NCBI GenBank assembly: GCA_013388635.1
Contig: JACAEX010000020.1
Span: 5,826-69,825 of the forward strand
Source of the DNA: Syntrophaceae bacterium
GTDB taxonomy: Bacteria > Desulfobacterota > BSN033 > UBA1163
Direction of reading: 5' to 3'
DNA: 64,000 bases
Shown here: one piece after another, positions 1-10,516 of the stretch
How the letters are laid out: every line of letters begins with the position of its first letter
Position numbering within the stretch: the stretch's first letter is position 1
The notes under the pieces: model-generated
Seen by the model: the letters and a program-made list of their open reading frames with translations, nothing else
What the model was told of the DNA's origin: nothing
Databases searched by the model: none
Made by a program: the position numbers and the translations under genes

Positions 1-86
1 CTGATTGCAGAAAAAGCGATCTGGCCAGAGCATATCAGGAAAGTTGAAGAGATATATAGCCGTTTCGCTAATTCCAGAGCATGAAG

Positions 87-102
87 TGGCATGAGGCTTG
101 CA
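87..102 (+). promoter_or_regulatory. Candidate sigma-54 promoter TGGCAT-N5-TTGCA upstream of the polysaccharide locus
   Basis: tGGcatgaggcttGCa with canonical GG/GC spacing; about 300 bp upstream of ORF 402. Confidence 0.4.
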
Positions 103-401
103 AGTTTAATGGAAGAGATCAATACCTTTTCTCGCAGAAGGAGGATTTGTTGCTAAAGAATACCCTTAAGATTCAAAGCCTTCAGTAAGGTATTATTTTT
201 TTCATCTGAATGTTCAGGCTCTGAACGTTTTACGAAAAATGTCCTTTAGTTTACAAAAGTTGCCCAAAATGGGAGAGGACATAAGGCACAGCGTAGTTTA
301 GAACAGGGTGTCGTTTGTTGTTGTCGAAGCAGGCATGGGAGCTCGTTTACCGAAGCTATGGGCTCGGGTTTAAAGAGCCTCAGAAATGAAACCCGAACGA
401 T

Positions 402-1031
402 ATGGAAGTCAGGCGACAAGGTCCGAGTATTTTTAAGCCATCTGAGGAGATGAGGGATCTCCGGCTACTTGAGGAATTAGAAAGAAATCCTGTTGTTTCA
501 CAACGGGAGTTGTCGCACAAGTTTGGTATTGCCTTAGGAGTCACAAATGCCTGTCTAAAAAGGATGGTGAGGAAGGGATTGATCCGAATTCGGGGTTTAA
601 ATCACCGAAGGATCGGATACTATCTAACCCCGAAAGGTTTGATGGAAAAAACAAGGCTCACGCTGCACCTGATTTCGTTCAGGGTTCAGCATTACGTGGA
701 ATTAAAAAGAGTTCTCAGCAACAGATTCTTGGAGATGCAGCACGAAGGCATGAAAAGGATAGTCTTTTACGGACTGAGTGATGAGATGGAGGTGGCCTAC
801 ATTACCCTTCAAGGAGTCAATTTGAAATTGGTTGGAATTGTTGAGGATGATGGAAAATTCAATTCCCAGATCCTTTTTGGTTATGAAGTCGAGCCTGTGA
901 GCCGTATTAAGGAACTCAAACCCGATTGCGTTTTGATCACTTCTTTAACAGGAAATGCAGAGAAAAGGGAGAGACTCGGTAGTATTTTTGGTCAGAATTC
1001 AATCTGTGTAAAAGATATCTGTTTTCCGTGA
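402..1031 (+). CDS. Winged-helix (MarR/PadR-like) transcriptional regulator with an uncharacterised C-terminal domain; first gene of the polysaccharide locus
   Basis: N-terminal wHTH-like segment (LRLLEELERNPVVSQRELSHKFGIALGVTNACLKRMVRKGLI); ATG at 402. Confidence 0.5.
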   Translation: MEVRRQGPSIFKPSEEMRDLRLLEELERNPVVSQRELSHKFGIALGVTNACLKRMVRKGLIRIRGLNHRRIGYYLTPKGLMEKTRLTLHLISFRVQHYVELKRVLSNRFLEMQHEGMKRIVFYGLSDEMEVAYITLQGVNLKLVGIVEDDGKFNSQILFGYEVEPVSRIKELKPDCVLITSLTGNAEKRERLGSIFGQNSICVKDICFP

Positions 1032-1108
1032 TGAAGAGGCCAAGAAGCCATAAATTTGGAAGAAAAGGTTTGAATTTTCTGAGTTCCTGAGTTCCTGGAT
1101 TCCTTATA

Positions 1109-2275
1109 ATGAAGATGTTGACAGCCATGTATACCATAAAAAGAGGGGGGGCTTACGATAGATTTATAATGCTGATTGAGGCTTTTCTGGAAAGGGGGTG
1201 CGAGGTCCATTGCCTGTCGTTGACTCCGATTCAGATCAGGCATCCCTTTTTTCATAACCATGTCGCATACTGGCCTTTTAGCAAAATGAACACCTGGCAA
1301 GCAAGGTTATTTGTAGTCTCGATCTTTCCCTTATGGGCCCTTTGGTCAGGCTGGAGAAATAAGATCGATCTTATCGTCGCCTTTGGGATCCTTTATGCCT
1401 TCATCCAGGGCTTTTCGAAATACTTATTAAGAAAACCGATGGTTACGTTAATAAGGGGAGATTCCAGTTTCGGGTTAAGAATGAGAAACACGTATCCCGG
1501 GCTTCTCTATCTAAATTGCCGTATCGAAAGCCTCGGGCTTCGCTTCTCCGACTCCATCATCACGAATAGCGGAGGCCTCCGGGAGGAGATTTCAAAAAAA
1601 TTAAAAACCAGAAGACATATTGATGTAAAGGTTCTCCCTAACAATATTCCGACCATACCGGTTCCTGATCCGCAGGATCTTATTCCAACCAGAGCCAGGT
1701 ATGGGATTCCCGAAGATGCAAAGGTTCTGATCACCGCGGGCGTTCTGAACAGGGGAAAGAATATCGAGACGCTGATAAGTTGCTTAGCGAAGATAGAGAT
1801 GGAAAACCTCCATCTCTTGATCACGGGAGACGGCTCGACCAAAGACGATTTTCCTTACAGGGAATTCCTGGAAGGCTTGACAAGAGACTTAAAGGTTGAA
1901 AACCGAGTTCATTTTCCAGGTTGGGTTGAAAAAGAGGAACTAAGCAGAATCTATGCGGCATCCGATCTTTTCATCTTACCTTCCATGAATGAGGGCATGC
2001 CCAATGCAATGTTAGAGGCATTAGGATCGGATTTGCCATGCCTGGGGAGCAACATTCCAGGAATTAGAGATATTCTCTATTATGAAGAATTAATGTTTGA
2101 TCCTACGGATGAGCAAGCTATCGTAAATAAAATCAACCAAGTATTTTCTGACGTTAAATTCTTCAACAGAATTAGAGAGTTGTGCCGAGAAAGAAAACAA
2201 GCGTTTACATTTGATTGGAAACAGAAAATTTTCCAAACTATAACAGAAGGGATCTCGTCTCCCGAAGCCAATTGA
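1109..2275 (+). CDS. Glycosyltransferase family 4 (GT-B)
   Basis: C-terminal GT4 signature (PSMNEGMPNAMLEALGSDLPCLGSNIPGIRDIL, E-x7-E type). Confidence 0.7.
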   Translation: MKMLTAMYTIKRGGAYDRFIMLIEAFLERGCEVHCLSLTPIQIRHPFFHNHVAYWPFSKMNTWQARLFVVSIFPLWALWSGWRNKIDLIVAFGILYAFIQGFSKYLLRKPMVTLIRGDSSFGLRMRNTYPGLLYLNCRIESLGLRFSDSIITNSGGLREEISKKLKTRRHIDVKVLPNNIPTIPVPDPQDLIPTRARYGIPEDAKVLITAGVLNRGKNIETLISCLAKIEMENLHLLITGDGSTKDDFPYREFLEGLTRDLKVENRVHFPGWVEKEELSRIYAASDLFILPSMNEGMPNAMLEALGSDLPCLGSNIPGIRDILYYEELMFDPTDEQAIVNKINQVFSDVKFFNRIRELCRERKQAFTFDWKQKIFQTITEGISSPEAN

Positions 2276-2276
2276 T

Positions 2277-3122
2277 ATGGAAGAGATGATTACTATTTAT
2301 GAGCCTGACAATTCTTTGAGGAAAGGATATCTGTCGATCTTTGGCCAGATATTTACTGAGCTTAAGCAGAACAGATGGCTAACCTATCAACTGTTTAAAA
2401 GGGATTTCCTTTCTGCTTATAAACAGTCACTTTTGGGAGTGCTCTGGGCGATTATTTTGCCCCTTGTCAGCATTGCAATTTTCATCGTGCTGAACCGATC
2501 TGGGATCCTGAACATTGGCGATATCGGTGTACCGTATTCGATCTACGCATTGCTTGGTATTGCCTTCTGGCAATTTTTTTCCAATGGTCTGGTTGCCTGT
2601 TCCAATTCACTGGTGAATGCAGGGCCTATGATTCTGAAAATTAACTTTTCAAAAAAATCACTTGTGATCGCTGCCGCAGCAAAAGCCATTGTCCCCTTTG
2701 CGATTCAAATCGCGATGGTCTGTATTTTATTTGTTGGATATGGAAGGACTCCAAGTATTATGGGTTTTCTGATTCCCATATTTCTGATTCCACTGGTATT
2801 GTTTACCCTTGGCCTCGGTTTTTTCACGTCCCTTTTGAATGGGGTCGTACGAGATATCGGAAATATCATTTCAATTCTTTTGATGTTCCTGATGTTTTTC
2901 ACACCTGTTTTATATGCGAAGCCAAAGATCGGATTTTTAGTTACAGTAACAAAATATAATCCTCTTTATTATCTGGTATCCGCTCCACGGGACCTCATAT
3001 TAAAAGGATCAATTTCCGAGTGGCAGGGTTTCCTGATCGTTTGCTTGATAGCGGTCATTTTATTTTTTGTATGCCTATTTGGATTTCATCTTACTGAAAC
3101 AAGAGTCGCTGAGCGAATCTAA
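2277..3122 (+). CDS. wzm: ABC-2 type polysaccharide/O-antigen exporter permease (Wzm-like)
   Basis: About 6 predicted TM helices; ABC-2 family pattern; immediately upstream of Wzt-like ATPase. Confidence 0.75.
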   Translation: MEEMITIYEPDNSLRKGYLSIFGQIFTELKQNRWLTYQLFKRDFLSAYKQSLLGVLWAIILPLVSIAIFIVLNRSGILNIGDIGVPYSIYALLGIAFWQFFSNGLVACSNSLVNAGPMILKINFSKKSLVIAAAAKAIVPFAIQIAMVCILFVGYGRTPSIMGFLIPIFLIPLVLFTLGLGFFTSLLNGVVRDIGNIISILLMFLMFFTPVLYAKPKIGFLVTVTKYNPLYYLVSAPRDLILKGSISEWQGFLIVCLIAVILFFVCLFGFHLTETRVAERI

Positions 3123-3123
3123 A

Positions 3124-4467
3124 ATGGGTAAAGACACCGTCATAAGCGTTGAACACGTTTCAAAGAAATATTGCAAGTCTTTGAAGAGGTCCATGCTCTA
3201 CGGCGCGATGGATATCGGAAGAAACATATTAGGGCTAAGTTCTAAGTCCGATAGATTGAGAAAGGATGAATTCTGGGCTCTAAATGATGTTTCCTTTGAA
3301 GTCAGAAAAGGGGAAACCCTTGGAATTATCGGCCCCAATGGTTCAGGCAAAACCACACTGCTGAAGCTTTTGAATGGCATTTTCTGGCCGGACAAAGGCA
3401 AAATTACAATCAGAGGTAGAGTAGGTGCACTTATTGAATTAGGAGCCGGATTCCATCCACTGCTTACGGGTAGGGAAAATATCTACATCAACGCGGCAAT
3501 ATTGGGGATGGGAAAAGAAGAAGTTGATAAACAGTTTGACGAAATTGTTAAATTCGCTGACATTGGTGATTTTATTGATACCCCAGTAAAATTCTATTCA
3601 TCAGGGATGTTTGTCAGGTTGGGATTCGCTGTGGCTATGTATTCCCGTCCTGATATTTTGCTGGTAGATGAGGTTTTGGCAGTAGGTGACGTCCAATTCC
3701 AAATGAAATGTTTCAGCAGACTGAAAGAGTTTAGGGAAAGGGGGAACACAATAATAATCGTTACTCATGATATGGGTACTATTCAAAAGCACACCGAGAA
3801 AGTAATCCTTCTAGAGCGAGGATTACTCTCCTGTATCGATATACCAAGGAATGCTCTTAACCAATATCTGTCCTTAATGAGCGGCGGCATCAGAGCAAAC
3901 CAGGTGATGAGCAAACTCAGATGGGGAACGGAGAATGATTCTGAACGAGTAAAAACAACCAAACCACCGTCAAATAATACTCAAGAGGATTTGTGCCCCA
4001 GAAGATTCAATTATAATATCTTCGAATTTCGGTACGGTAGCGGTTATGCGCGAATCATTGATTTTCAAATTGTGAACAATCGTGGAGAGGAAGTTACGTC
4101 GGTGAGGAGTAGCGAAGTCATCCTGTTTCGAGTAAAAGTAAAAGCGTATAAGTTTGTCGAAAAACCAATTCTGGGCATTAGTGTGAAGACAAAAGATGGG
4201 ATAGAGATCTACGGAAATAATACGTTATATGCCGATATAGATGTGCCTCCTTTGAAAGAAGGGAAACAATTGTTGGTGGAATATAGAATCCATTTCAATC
4301 TTCAATCTGGTGATTATTTTTTATCGGCAGGCGTTGCAGAAATGACCCCTGAGGGCATCTCACCTTTGGATCGGAGGTATGATCTTGTTCACATTACTGT
4401 GCTTCCCTCGGACAAGAGTTTTGGACTTGTAAATTTGGCTACGGATATCAAAGTTTATACAAAGTAA
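3124..4467 (+). CDS. wzt: ABC transporter ATP-binding protein (Wzt-like) with about 190-aa C-terminal extension (putative glycan-terminus binding domain)
   Basis: Walker A GPNGSGKTTLLKLL, signature YSSGMFVRLGFA, Walker B ILLVDEVLAVGD; start taken at the in-frame ATG 3124 (MGKDTVISVEHV) rather than the overlapping 3067. Confidence 0.8.
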   Translation: MGKDTVISVEHVSKKYCKSLKRSMLYGAMDIGRNILGLSSKSDRLRKDEFWALNDVSFEVRKGETLGIIGPNGSGKTTLLKLLNGIFWPDKGKITIRGRVGALIELGAGFHPLLTGRENIYINAAILGMGKEEVDKQFDEIVKFADIGDFIDTPVKFYSSGMFVRLGFAVAMYSRPDILLVDEVLAVGDVQFQMKCFSRLKEFRERGNTIIIVTHDMGTIQKHTEKVILLERGLLSCIDIPRNALNQYLSLMSGGIRANQVMSKLRWGTENDSERVKTTKPPSNNTQEDLCPRRFNYNIFEFRYGSGYARIIDFQIVNNRGEEVTSVRSSEVILFRVKVKAYKFVEKPILGISVKTKDGIEIYGNNTLYADIDVPPLKEGKQLLVEYRIHFNLQSGDYFLSAGVAEMTPEGISPLDRRYDLVHITVLPSDKSFGLVNLATDIKVYTK

Positions 4468-4518
4468 GCCATATTTTGTGGGATATTCTTAAGATTGAAG
4501 GAGGAGGCATAAACCCAT

Positions 4519-6327
4519 ATGTCACAACTCGCAAAATTATCGTCCTTTATAATGGATAAAAAAACAGGGGTTTACGTCTTAGAGAAGAAAGCCTATCAGG
4601 GTTTCGGTTATTTGGACGGGTCGGAGGATAAGCTCTTAAAAATTATTACAGGCGCAAGAGATTGTAGCTGTAATTCTAGAGAATTAGAATCCTCCATTAG
4701 CGACTGGCCAACAAAATACCATCTTTCCAACCTAAGGACCAACATTCTTAGGGCTCTTAACTTTTTGAATAAAGATTCCAAAATTCTTGAAGTGGGTGCA
4801 GGATGCGGTGCTCTAACAAGATATCTCGGCGAAAATTTTAATCACGTTGATGCTATCGAAGGTAGTCTGAAGAGGTCGTGCATCGTAAAAGAAAGATGTA
4901 AAGATCTTAACAATGTGAGAGTCTACTGCTCTCCTTTCCAAGAGGTAGTTTTTGACAGTGAATATGATGTAGTAACACTTATTGGAGCTCTCGAATATGC
5001 TCCGATATTTTACTCTGCTGCTGGCCATCGAAGTGAAGAAGCTTGCTTAGAGATGTTAAAACACGCAATAAGCGCCTTAAAAGACGGCGGATGTTTAATT
5101 ATAGCTATGGAAAATAGACTTGGTCTGAAATACTGGTGCGGATGTACTGAAGATCATACGGGTAAATTGTTCGACGGCATCCATGGTTACCCTAATATAA
5201 ATAGTGTGATTACTTTTAGTAAAAAGGAAATGATAAGATTGTTGCAGAAAGCACAATTAAACTATTTTGAATTTTATTATCCATTTCCGGATTATAAATT
5301 GACAAACACGATACTTCGCGAAGTTTCTAATCAAGCCTCGTATTACCTCCATAACTGGATAACCGTACCCTTTGAAGATTATTCTTCCAGCAGGCGGTAT
5401 CTTGTCAATGAGGCTCTAGCTATTAAATCGCTTGTTGAGGCTGAAATGATTTATGACCTCTCAAATTCCTTCTTGATAGTGGCGTACAAGGAGAAAGTTC
5501 CTAGCGGCAGAAACAAGGAACCGGATTGGATAGCCAAACGATTCTCCACAAATAGGGTTCTTCCTTTCAGGGCTGTAACCACACTCGAAACAGAAGCGAA
5601 TACAAATTCACTTGTTGTCCGCAAACGGAAATTGTTTAATGTGACAGAACCTCAAACATTTATAAGGATTAATCCCTGCGATTCAAAATGGATTCCAGGT
5701 AACTTGCTTCAATTTTCTTTATATGAATCAATCTATAAAGATAATGGGTTTAAAAGTCTTATGAATATTTTGGCAAAATACCAAAATGGACTAATGAAGA
5801 ATTGTTCAATAGGAGAAATGGACGATGAGGGATACCCTTTGGCAAAAATGGATGCAATTGATTTTGTTCCATCTAATATTATACTAAGTGACAACGAAAT
5901 GTTAAGTATGGATCATGAATGGATTTACACGCAACCCATAAGTACAGATTATATTTTTTTTAGAGCATTATTTATCTTTGTCATCGAGCAGTACCCATAC
6001 ATTTTGGATAACTTATCTGTTCCAGCTAATAATTTTGATAAATTTATAGTATCAATTATGAAAGAATTCTACCCTCAATATGACATGAAAAGACATGAGA
6101 GAAACAGAAAAAGAGAAGAGGAATTTGAGAGTGTGGTTTCTGGAAATGATATTAAGTTGCCGGAGGCTGAACATTTCAGACTTGCAAAAGATCCGATATC
6201 ACAAAAGGACGAACAGATAAATTCAATATTAAATTCATGGAGTTGGAGAATAACTTCCCCTTTGAGATGGTTGTATAGGAATTATTCCAGGGCGAAAAGC
6301 TTACTTGAACGGCTGAGATGTAATTAA
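4519..6327 (+). CDS. Large class I SAM-dependent methyltransferase (N-terminal MTase domain plus about 350-aa uncharacterised C-terminal region); candidate glycan chain-terminating modifier
   Basis: SAM motif I ILEVGAGCGALTRYL, motif post-I/II DVVTLIGALEY; size and context next to Wzm/Wzt. Confidence 0.6.
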   Translation: MSQLAKLSSFIMDKKTGVYVLEKKAYQGFGYLDGSEDKLLKIITGARDCSCNSRELESSISDWPTKYHLSNLRTNILRALNFLNKDSKILEVGAGCGALTRYLGENFNHVDAIEGSLKRSCIVKERCKDLNNVRVYCSPFQEVVFDSEYDVVTLIGALEYAPIFYSAAGHRSEEACLEMLKHAISALKDGGCLIIAMENRLGLKYWCGCTEDHTGKLFDGIHGYPNINSVITFSKKEMIRLLQKAQLNYFEFYYPFPDYKLTNTILREVSNQASYYLHNWITVPFEDYSSSRRYLVNEALAIKSLVEAEMIYDLSNSFLIVAYKEKVPSGRNKEPDWIAKRFSTNRVLPFRAVTTLETEANTNSLVVRKRKLFNVTEPQTFIRINPCDSKWIPGNLLQFSLYESIYKDNGFKSLMNILAKYQNGLMKNCSIGEMDDEGYPLAKMDAIDFVPSNIILSDNEMLSMDHEWIYTQPISTDYIFFRALFIFVIEQYPYILDNLSVPANNFDKFIVSIMKEFYPQYDMKRHERNRKREEEFESVVSGNDIKLPEAEHFRLAKDPISQKDEQINSILNSWSWRITSPLRWLYRNYSRAKSLLERLRCN

Positions 6328-6584
6328 GATAGCTTGTTCGTGTAAAGCGTATATGGTCGGCCTTGCAAAGTTTGTAAATAGGCGGCCCATCGCAAAGTGA
6401 GCTGGGCGATAGATTTACGTATAGTGGGTGAGGCTTGAGATAGAAATGGATGAAAACATGCTATGTATCGTGCTTGACGGAATTGCTGAGGACGAAGGAG
6501 GTTGTATTTTTTGCTTAAGAGAATGATATCTTATAACCGGCGTGACATTCGAATGATCTAACGTCAGCCCAACATTATTAAGAC

Positions 6585-7460
6585 ATGACATTACCTAATG
6601 CTCATAATCCGCTCATCTCTATAATAATTTTGACCAGAAATGGAGGGATGCTTTTCAAAAAATCGCTTGAAATGATATTTTTGCAGAAGATTGCCTATCC
6701 CTTTGAGGTAATTGTTGTAGATTCCTCTTCGACTGATGACACATTGGATTTCGTTAGGAAGCATCCAATTCGGCTCTTTAGAATAAGCGAGGAGGAATTT
6801 TCATTCGGTCCTACACGAGACTATGCGTTCGAAAAGGCGGAGGGGGAATATATTGTAACATTGTCACAGGACGTTGTTCCGGCAAATGAATCATGGCTGG
6901 AAAATTTAGTGAGGCCAATTATTAATGGTATGTGCGATGTAGTTCAGGGGAAGATTATCGTCCCCGAGTGCAAGGATATATTTTTCTGGGAAAAAAAGGG
7001 GTTATTCTATTTTACTTCTGAGGGTAAAGATTTTATTAAAAAACATTCTAACGTTGGTTTATCGTGTTGCAGCCTTTGTATAAAAAAAGAAGCCTGGCTT
7101 AAGACACGTTTTGGAAACGCCCCCATGTGTGAGGATAAAGCTATCCAGAAGAAATTGACTGAAGGCAACTACAGGATAATAGCTTCCGAAGCTTCGGTCG
7201 CATATCATGGGCACGAGTATAATCTAAAGTCGTTAAGAAAGAGGTGTGAAAACGAGGGGTTGGGATGGAGATATGCGGGCGTTACATACAGGTTTTCAGA
7301 TTTGATTAAAGACTTATTCCCAAAAAAAACAATGTATAAAGTTCTCATACAGGGACTCCTCAATGGGGAAATTCGGTCCGTCACAGAGGCTCTATTTTTA
7401 TTCATCCGGCCAGTTTATCTGTTTAAAGGAAACCGGCTTAATACTACTTATAAAAGATAA
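6585..7460 (+). CDS. Glycosyltransferase family 2
   Basis: N-terminal GT-A motif ISIIILTRNGG...VIVVDSSSTDDT and downstream LSQDVV (DxD-like). Confidence 0.7.
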   Translation: MTLPNAHNPLISIIILTRNGGMLFKKSLEMIFLQKIAYPFEVIVVDSSSTDDTLDFVRKHPIRLFRISEEEFSFGPTRDYAFEKAEGEYIVTLSQDVVPANESWLENLVRPIINGMCDVVQGKIIVPECKDIFFWEKKGLFYFTSEGKDFIKKHSNVGLSCCSLCIKKEAWLKTRFGNAPMCEDKAIQKKLTEGNYRIIASEASVAYHGHEYNLKSLRKRCENEGLGWRYAGVTYRFSDLIKDLFPKKTMYKVLIQGLLNGEIRSVTEALFLFIRPVYLFKGNRLNTTYKR

Positions 7461-7462
7461 CG

Positions 7463-8425
7463 ATGCAAACTAACGGAGTTGACGGTCTGACATATTCTGT
7501 TATCATCATTACGCGAAATAGGGCAAGTGTATTACGAAACGCATTGGAAAGCGTGATTAATCAAGAATATGAAAATGGTAAATATGAAATGATTGTAGTT
7601 GATAATAATTCAAATGATGACACGGCATCGATTGTAGAGACATATCAACAAAAATGTCCTAATAGAATCCGTTATGTTATTGAGCCGGAAATAGGAATGT
7701 CCAAAGCGAGAAATACAGGCTCTAAGTTAGCAAGGGGTGAAATTTTAGTATTCATAGACGATGATGCAATTGCTTCTGCTGGTTGGCTGAGGAATTATCA
7801 GCTTCTTTACCAATCGTCGCCGGATATTGTGGCGGCCGGAGGAAGAATTGAGGTAGTGTTCACCCCAAAAAGACCCAAGTGGATTTCGGATGAATTATTG
7901 GTTGTTTTCGGCAGGTTGGACTCTTCTGATACAGAAGGCACGATGCTGTATCCTAGACATCCATTTGGGGTTAATTTCTCTGTAAGAAAGGAGTATTTCC
8001 TGAAAACTAAAGGATTCTTTCAAGAGATTAAGAACTATAATGATGAGAAAGCATTTTTTTATCAACTTCACCTAAACAAGTGCAAAGTTGGATATTCACC
8101 CGAGGCAGTGGTTTATCACCATATTCCGAGTTCAAAGCTAAGAAGGCGGTATTTTATTAAGAGAGGAATTAAACAAGGGATTGGGAACATAAAATTTATA
8201 TCGATCTTCGATCGTATAGGAATGCCGCGCTTCGACAGCAAGTTGAAGCAATTGTTAGTAAGCGGGGTCTTGATTATTAGAAATATTTTATTTTGCAGAC
8301 GCAGATACTCATTTTCCCAAATATATTATTTCAGTATTTGCCTTGGAGAGCTATTAGGGATAATGATGCGGGGATTTATTTCGTATGAATATCGTTCATA
8401 TAGCAACACGAATGAAACACCATAA
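7463..8425 (+). CDS. Glycosyltransferase family 2
   Basis: YSVIIITRNRASVL...MIVVDNNSNDDT and FIDDDAIA DxD motif. Confidence 0.7.
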   Translation: MQTNGVDGLTYSVIIITRNRASVLRNALESVINQEYENGKYEMIVVDNNSNDDTASIVETYQQKCPNRIRYVIEPEIGMSKARNTGSKLARGEILVFIDDDAIASAGWLRNYQLLYQSSPDIVAAGGRIEVVFTPKRPKWISDELLVVFGRLDSSDTEGTMLYPRHPFGVNFSVRKEYFLKTKGFFQEIKNYNDEKAFFYQLHLNKCKVGYSPEAVVYHHIPSSKLRRRYFIKRGIKQGIGNIKFISIFDRIGMPRFDSKLKQLLVSGVLIIRNILFCRRRYSFSQIYYFSICLGELLGIMMRGFISYEYRSYSNTNETP

Positions 8426-9392
8426 CTCTCACTCAGGATATGACAGGTTGTCCGACTTCATGCGCTGTCAGAGGCTTGATTCGGGCTGGGTAGCTAAAGG
8501 AATGAATCTAATTCCGGACAGAGTTTGGGGACTTTTATTGAGGAAAAGTAAATTCTATTTGGTTCCTGAGCTTAAAAGAGAAATTGACATCCAGCTGAGG
8601 TCGTTATTTTGGGCAGAAACCATTTTTCACTTTTTATATGGCGAAAATGATTTCAGGAGGTTTAACCCTCCAAAGACAAGCAAACTTTTTGTGACTTATC
8701 ATTTCCCTCCTGATAAATATCGCCAATATTTTACGAAACCTCCTAACTTGGGCAGGGTGAATGCGATTATTGTCGTAGGTTCGAATCAGATAGACTATTT
8801 TGCGAAGTGGGTTTCAAAAGAAAGAATAGTATTTATACCCCATGGGATAGATACTGAATATTACAAGCCAGCAGATAACGAAGTGAGGAATGATAAGGTA
8901 CTCTTTGTCGGTAGCCATTTAAGAGACTTTGATGTTTTGAAAGGAGTAATCGAACGGATAGAGAAACTTTCAGTCAATCTGTCTTTCACGATTGTTACGT
9001 TGAAAGAAAATTGGAAAGTATTCCGGGACTTAAAAAATATGGAACTCCTTACAGATGTGACGGAACACGAACTGCTCCGCCTATATCAAAACCATGCTCT
9101 GTGTTTTCTTCCGCTCATTGATGGAACCGCGAATAATACTCTTTTAGAAGCTGCCGCAAGTGGCCTACCGATTATTACAACAGATGTCGGGGGAGTCAGA
9201 GACTATTTGGATGACAGGACTGCTATATTGCTGCGCTCCAAAAAAATTGAAGAGGTGGCTTCTATAGTAGTGGATGTAGTGAATGATGAAGGAAAGAGAA
9301 GGGAGCTCTCCGTTAATGCGAGAGAGAAGATACTTTCGTACGACTGGAAGATTGTTGCTGAAACTATGAAAAAGGCATACGAGGTGTATTAA
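8385..9392 (+). CDS. Glycosyltransferase family 4-like
   Basis: GT-B C-terminal domain pattern (VGSHLRDFDVL..., LLEAAASGLPIITTDVGGVRDYL); start uncertain (8385 or 8412). Confidence 0.6.
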   Translation: MNIVHIATRMKHHNSHSGYDRLSDFMRCQRLDSGWVAKGMNLIPDRVWGLLLRKSKFYLVPELKREIDIQLRSLFWAETIFHFLYGENDFRRFNPPKTSKLFVTYHFPPDKYRQYFTKPPNLGRVNAIIVVGSNQIDYFAKWVSKERIVFIPHGIDTEYYKPADNEVRNDKVLFVGSHLRDFDVLKGVIERIEKLSVNLSFTIVTLKENWKVFRDLKNMELLTDVTEHELLRLYQNHALCFLPLIDGTANNTLLEAAASGLPIITTDVGGVRDYLDDRTAILLRSKKIEEVASIVVDVVNDEGKRRELSVNAREKILSYDWKIVAETMKKAYEVY

Positions 9393-10508
9393 ATGGAACT
9401 AGGAATATTAATGGTTATAGGCCTTTATTATCCGATAATTGGTGGGGCAGAAAGAGAGTGTCAAAAGCATGCAGAATCGCTGAAGAGATTAGGTTGTAAA
9501 GTAACAGTGCTGACGCAATATATGAAGGGATTGCCTGAGTATGAAATAGTTAATGGCGTTTCTGTTTATCGAAAAATTAAAGCAACAACACCGTGGGCGA
9601 TAACATATTTATTGTCTGCGTTGAGGTTTATGATTAGAAGTAGAAGGGAATACGAAATTATTCAATGTTATGGAATTTTTTACCACACAACTGCATGTGT
9701 GATTATGAAGTACCTTTATAGAAAGAAAGTGTTACAACGGTTAGAATGCGCTGGCCCAAATGGGGATCTCGGGAGGATTAATAAAATAAAATGTAGTGTT
9801 CTTATCAAGCTATGCTGGAAGAAGGTGGATAAATTTATTGCAATATCAAAAGAGATTCTCAACGATTTGGTTAATTGCGGAGTTAAGAAAGAAAAAATAA
9901 CATATATTCCGAACAGTGTTGATACTGACTATTATACTCCGTACACTTTGAAAACCTGGGATTCTCCAAAAAATATTTTATTTGTTGGACGGCTAACTGA
10001 ACAAAAAGGAATAGATACACTATTTTGTGCTATGAAGGAGGTTATTGACAAAGGAATTAATCGTTTATCCTTAAGCTTAGTAGGGGACGGTCCATTAAGA
10101 GGAGAATTAGAGAGAATGGTTAATGATTTGGGAATCACGAAATATGTTAGATTTGTTGGAAGCACAAACGACGTGACTCAGTATTATCAAAATTCTCATA
10201 TTTTGGTCATTCCTTCCAATTGGGAAGGCCTTCCTTTGGTTCTTTTAGAAGGAATGGCATGCGGGTTACCTATTCTGGCTTCAGACCTCGATGGAATCAG
10301 AGATGGGATAGAAGACGGAGTTAATGGGTTTTTATTTACTCCAGGAAATGCAAGTCAGCTTTCTTCAAAGATTACCTATCTTCTGGAAAATCCTGAGAAG
10401 GCTGAGGAAATGGGACGGGTAAGCAGAGAAAAAGCCGTTGCTCTTTTTTCATTAAGAGAGAATATGCATAAATATGTTGGAGTATACAAATCCTTATTAG
10501 GACAATAA
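9393..10508 (+). CDS. Glycosyltransferase family 4
   Basis: FVGRLTEQKGIDTL, IPSNWEGLPLVLLEGMACGLPILASDLDGIRD. Confidence 0.75.
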   Translation: MELGILMVIGLYYPIIGGAERECQKHAESLKRLGCKVTVLTQYMKGLPEYEIVNGVSVYRKIKATTPWAITYLLSALRFMIRSRREYEIIQCYGIFYHTTACVIMKYLYRKKVLQRLECAGPNGDLGRINKIKCSVLIKLCWKKVDKFIAISKEILNDLVNCGVKKEKITYIPNSVDTDYYTPYTLKTWDSPKNILFVGRLTEQKGIDTLFCAMKEVIDKGINRLSLSLVGDGPLRGELERMVNDLGITKYVRFVGSTNDVTQYYQNSHILVIPSNWEGLPLVLLEGMACGLPILASDLDGIRDGIEDGVNGFLFTPGNASQLSSKITYLLENPEKAEEMGRVSREKAVALFSLRENMHKYVGVYKSLLGQ

Positions 10509-10516
10509 TCTCAGAG

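Noticed and set aside
1-84. Open frame 1-84 that could be the 3-prime end of an upstream gene (..EEIYSRFANSRA*)
   Set aside because: Only 28 codons are visible and there is no recognisable motif, so it cannot be supported.
992-1842. Antisense ORFs 937-1137, 992-1300, 1507-1842 (minus strand) overlapping the GT4 gene
   Set aside because: They overlap a well-supported glycosyltransferase in opposite sense, have no motifs, and are typical chance antisense frames.
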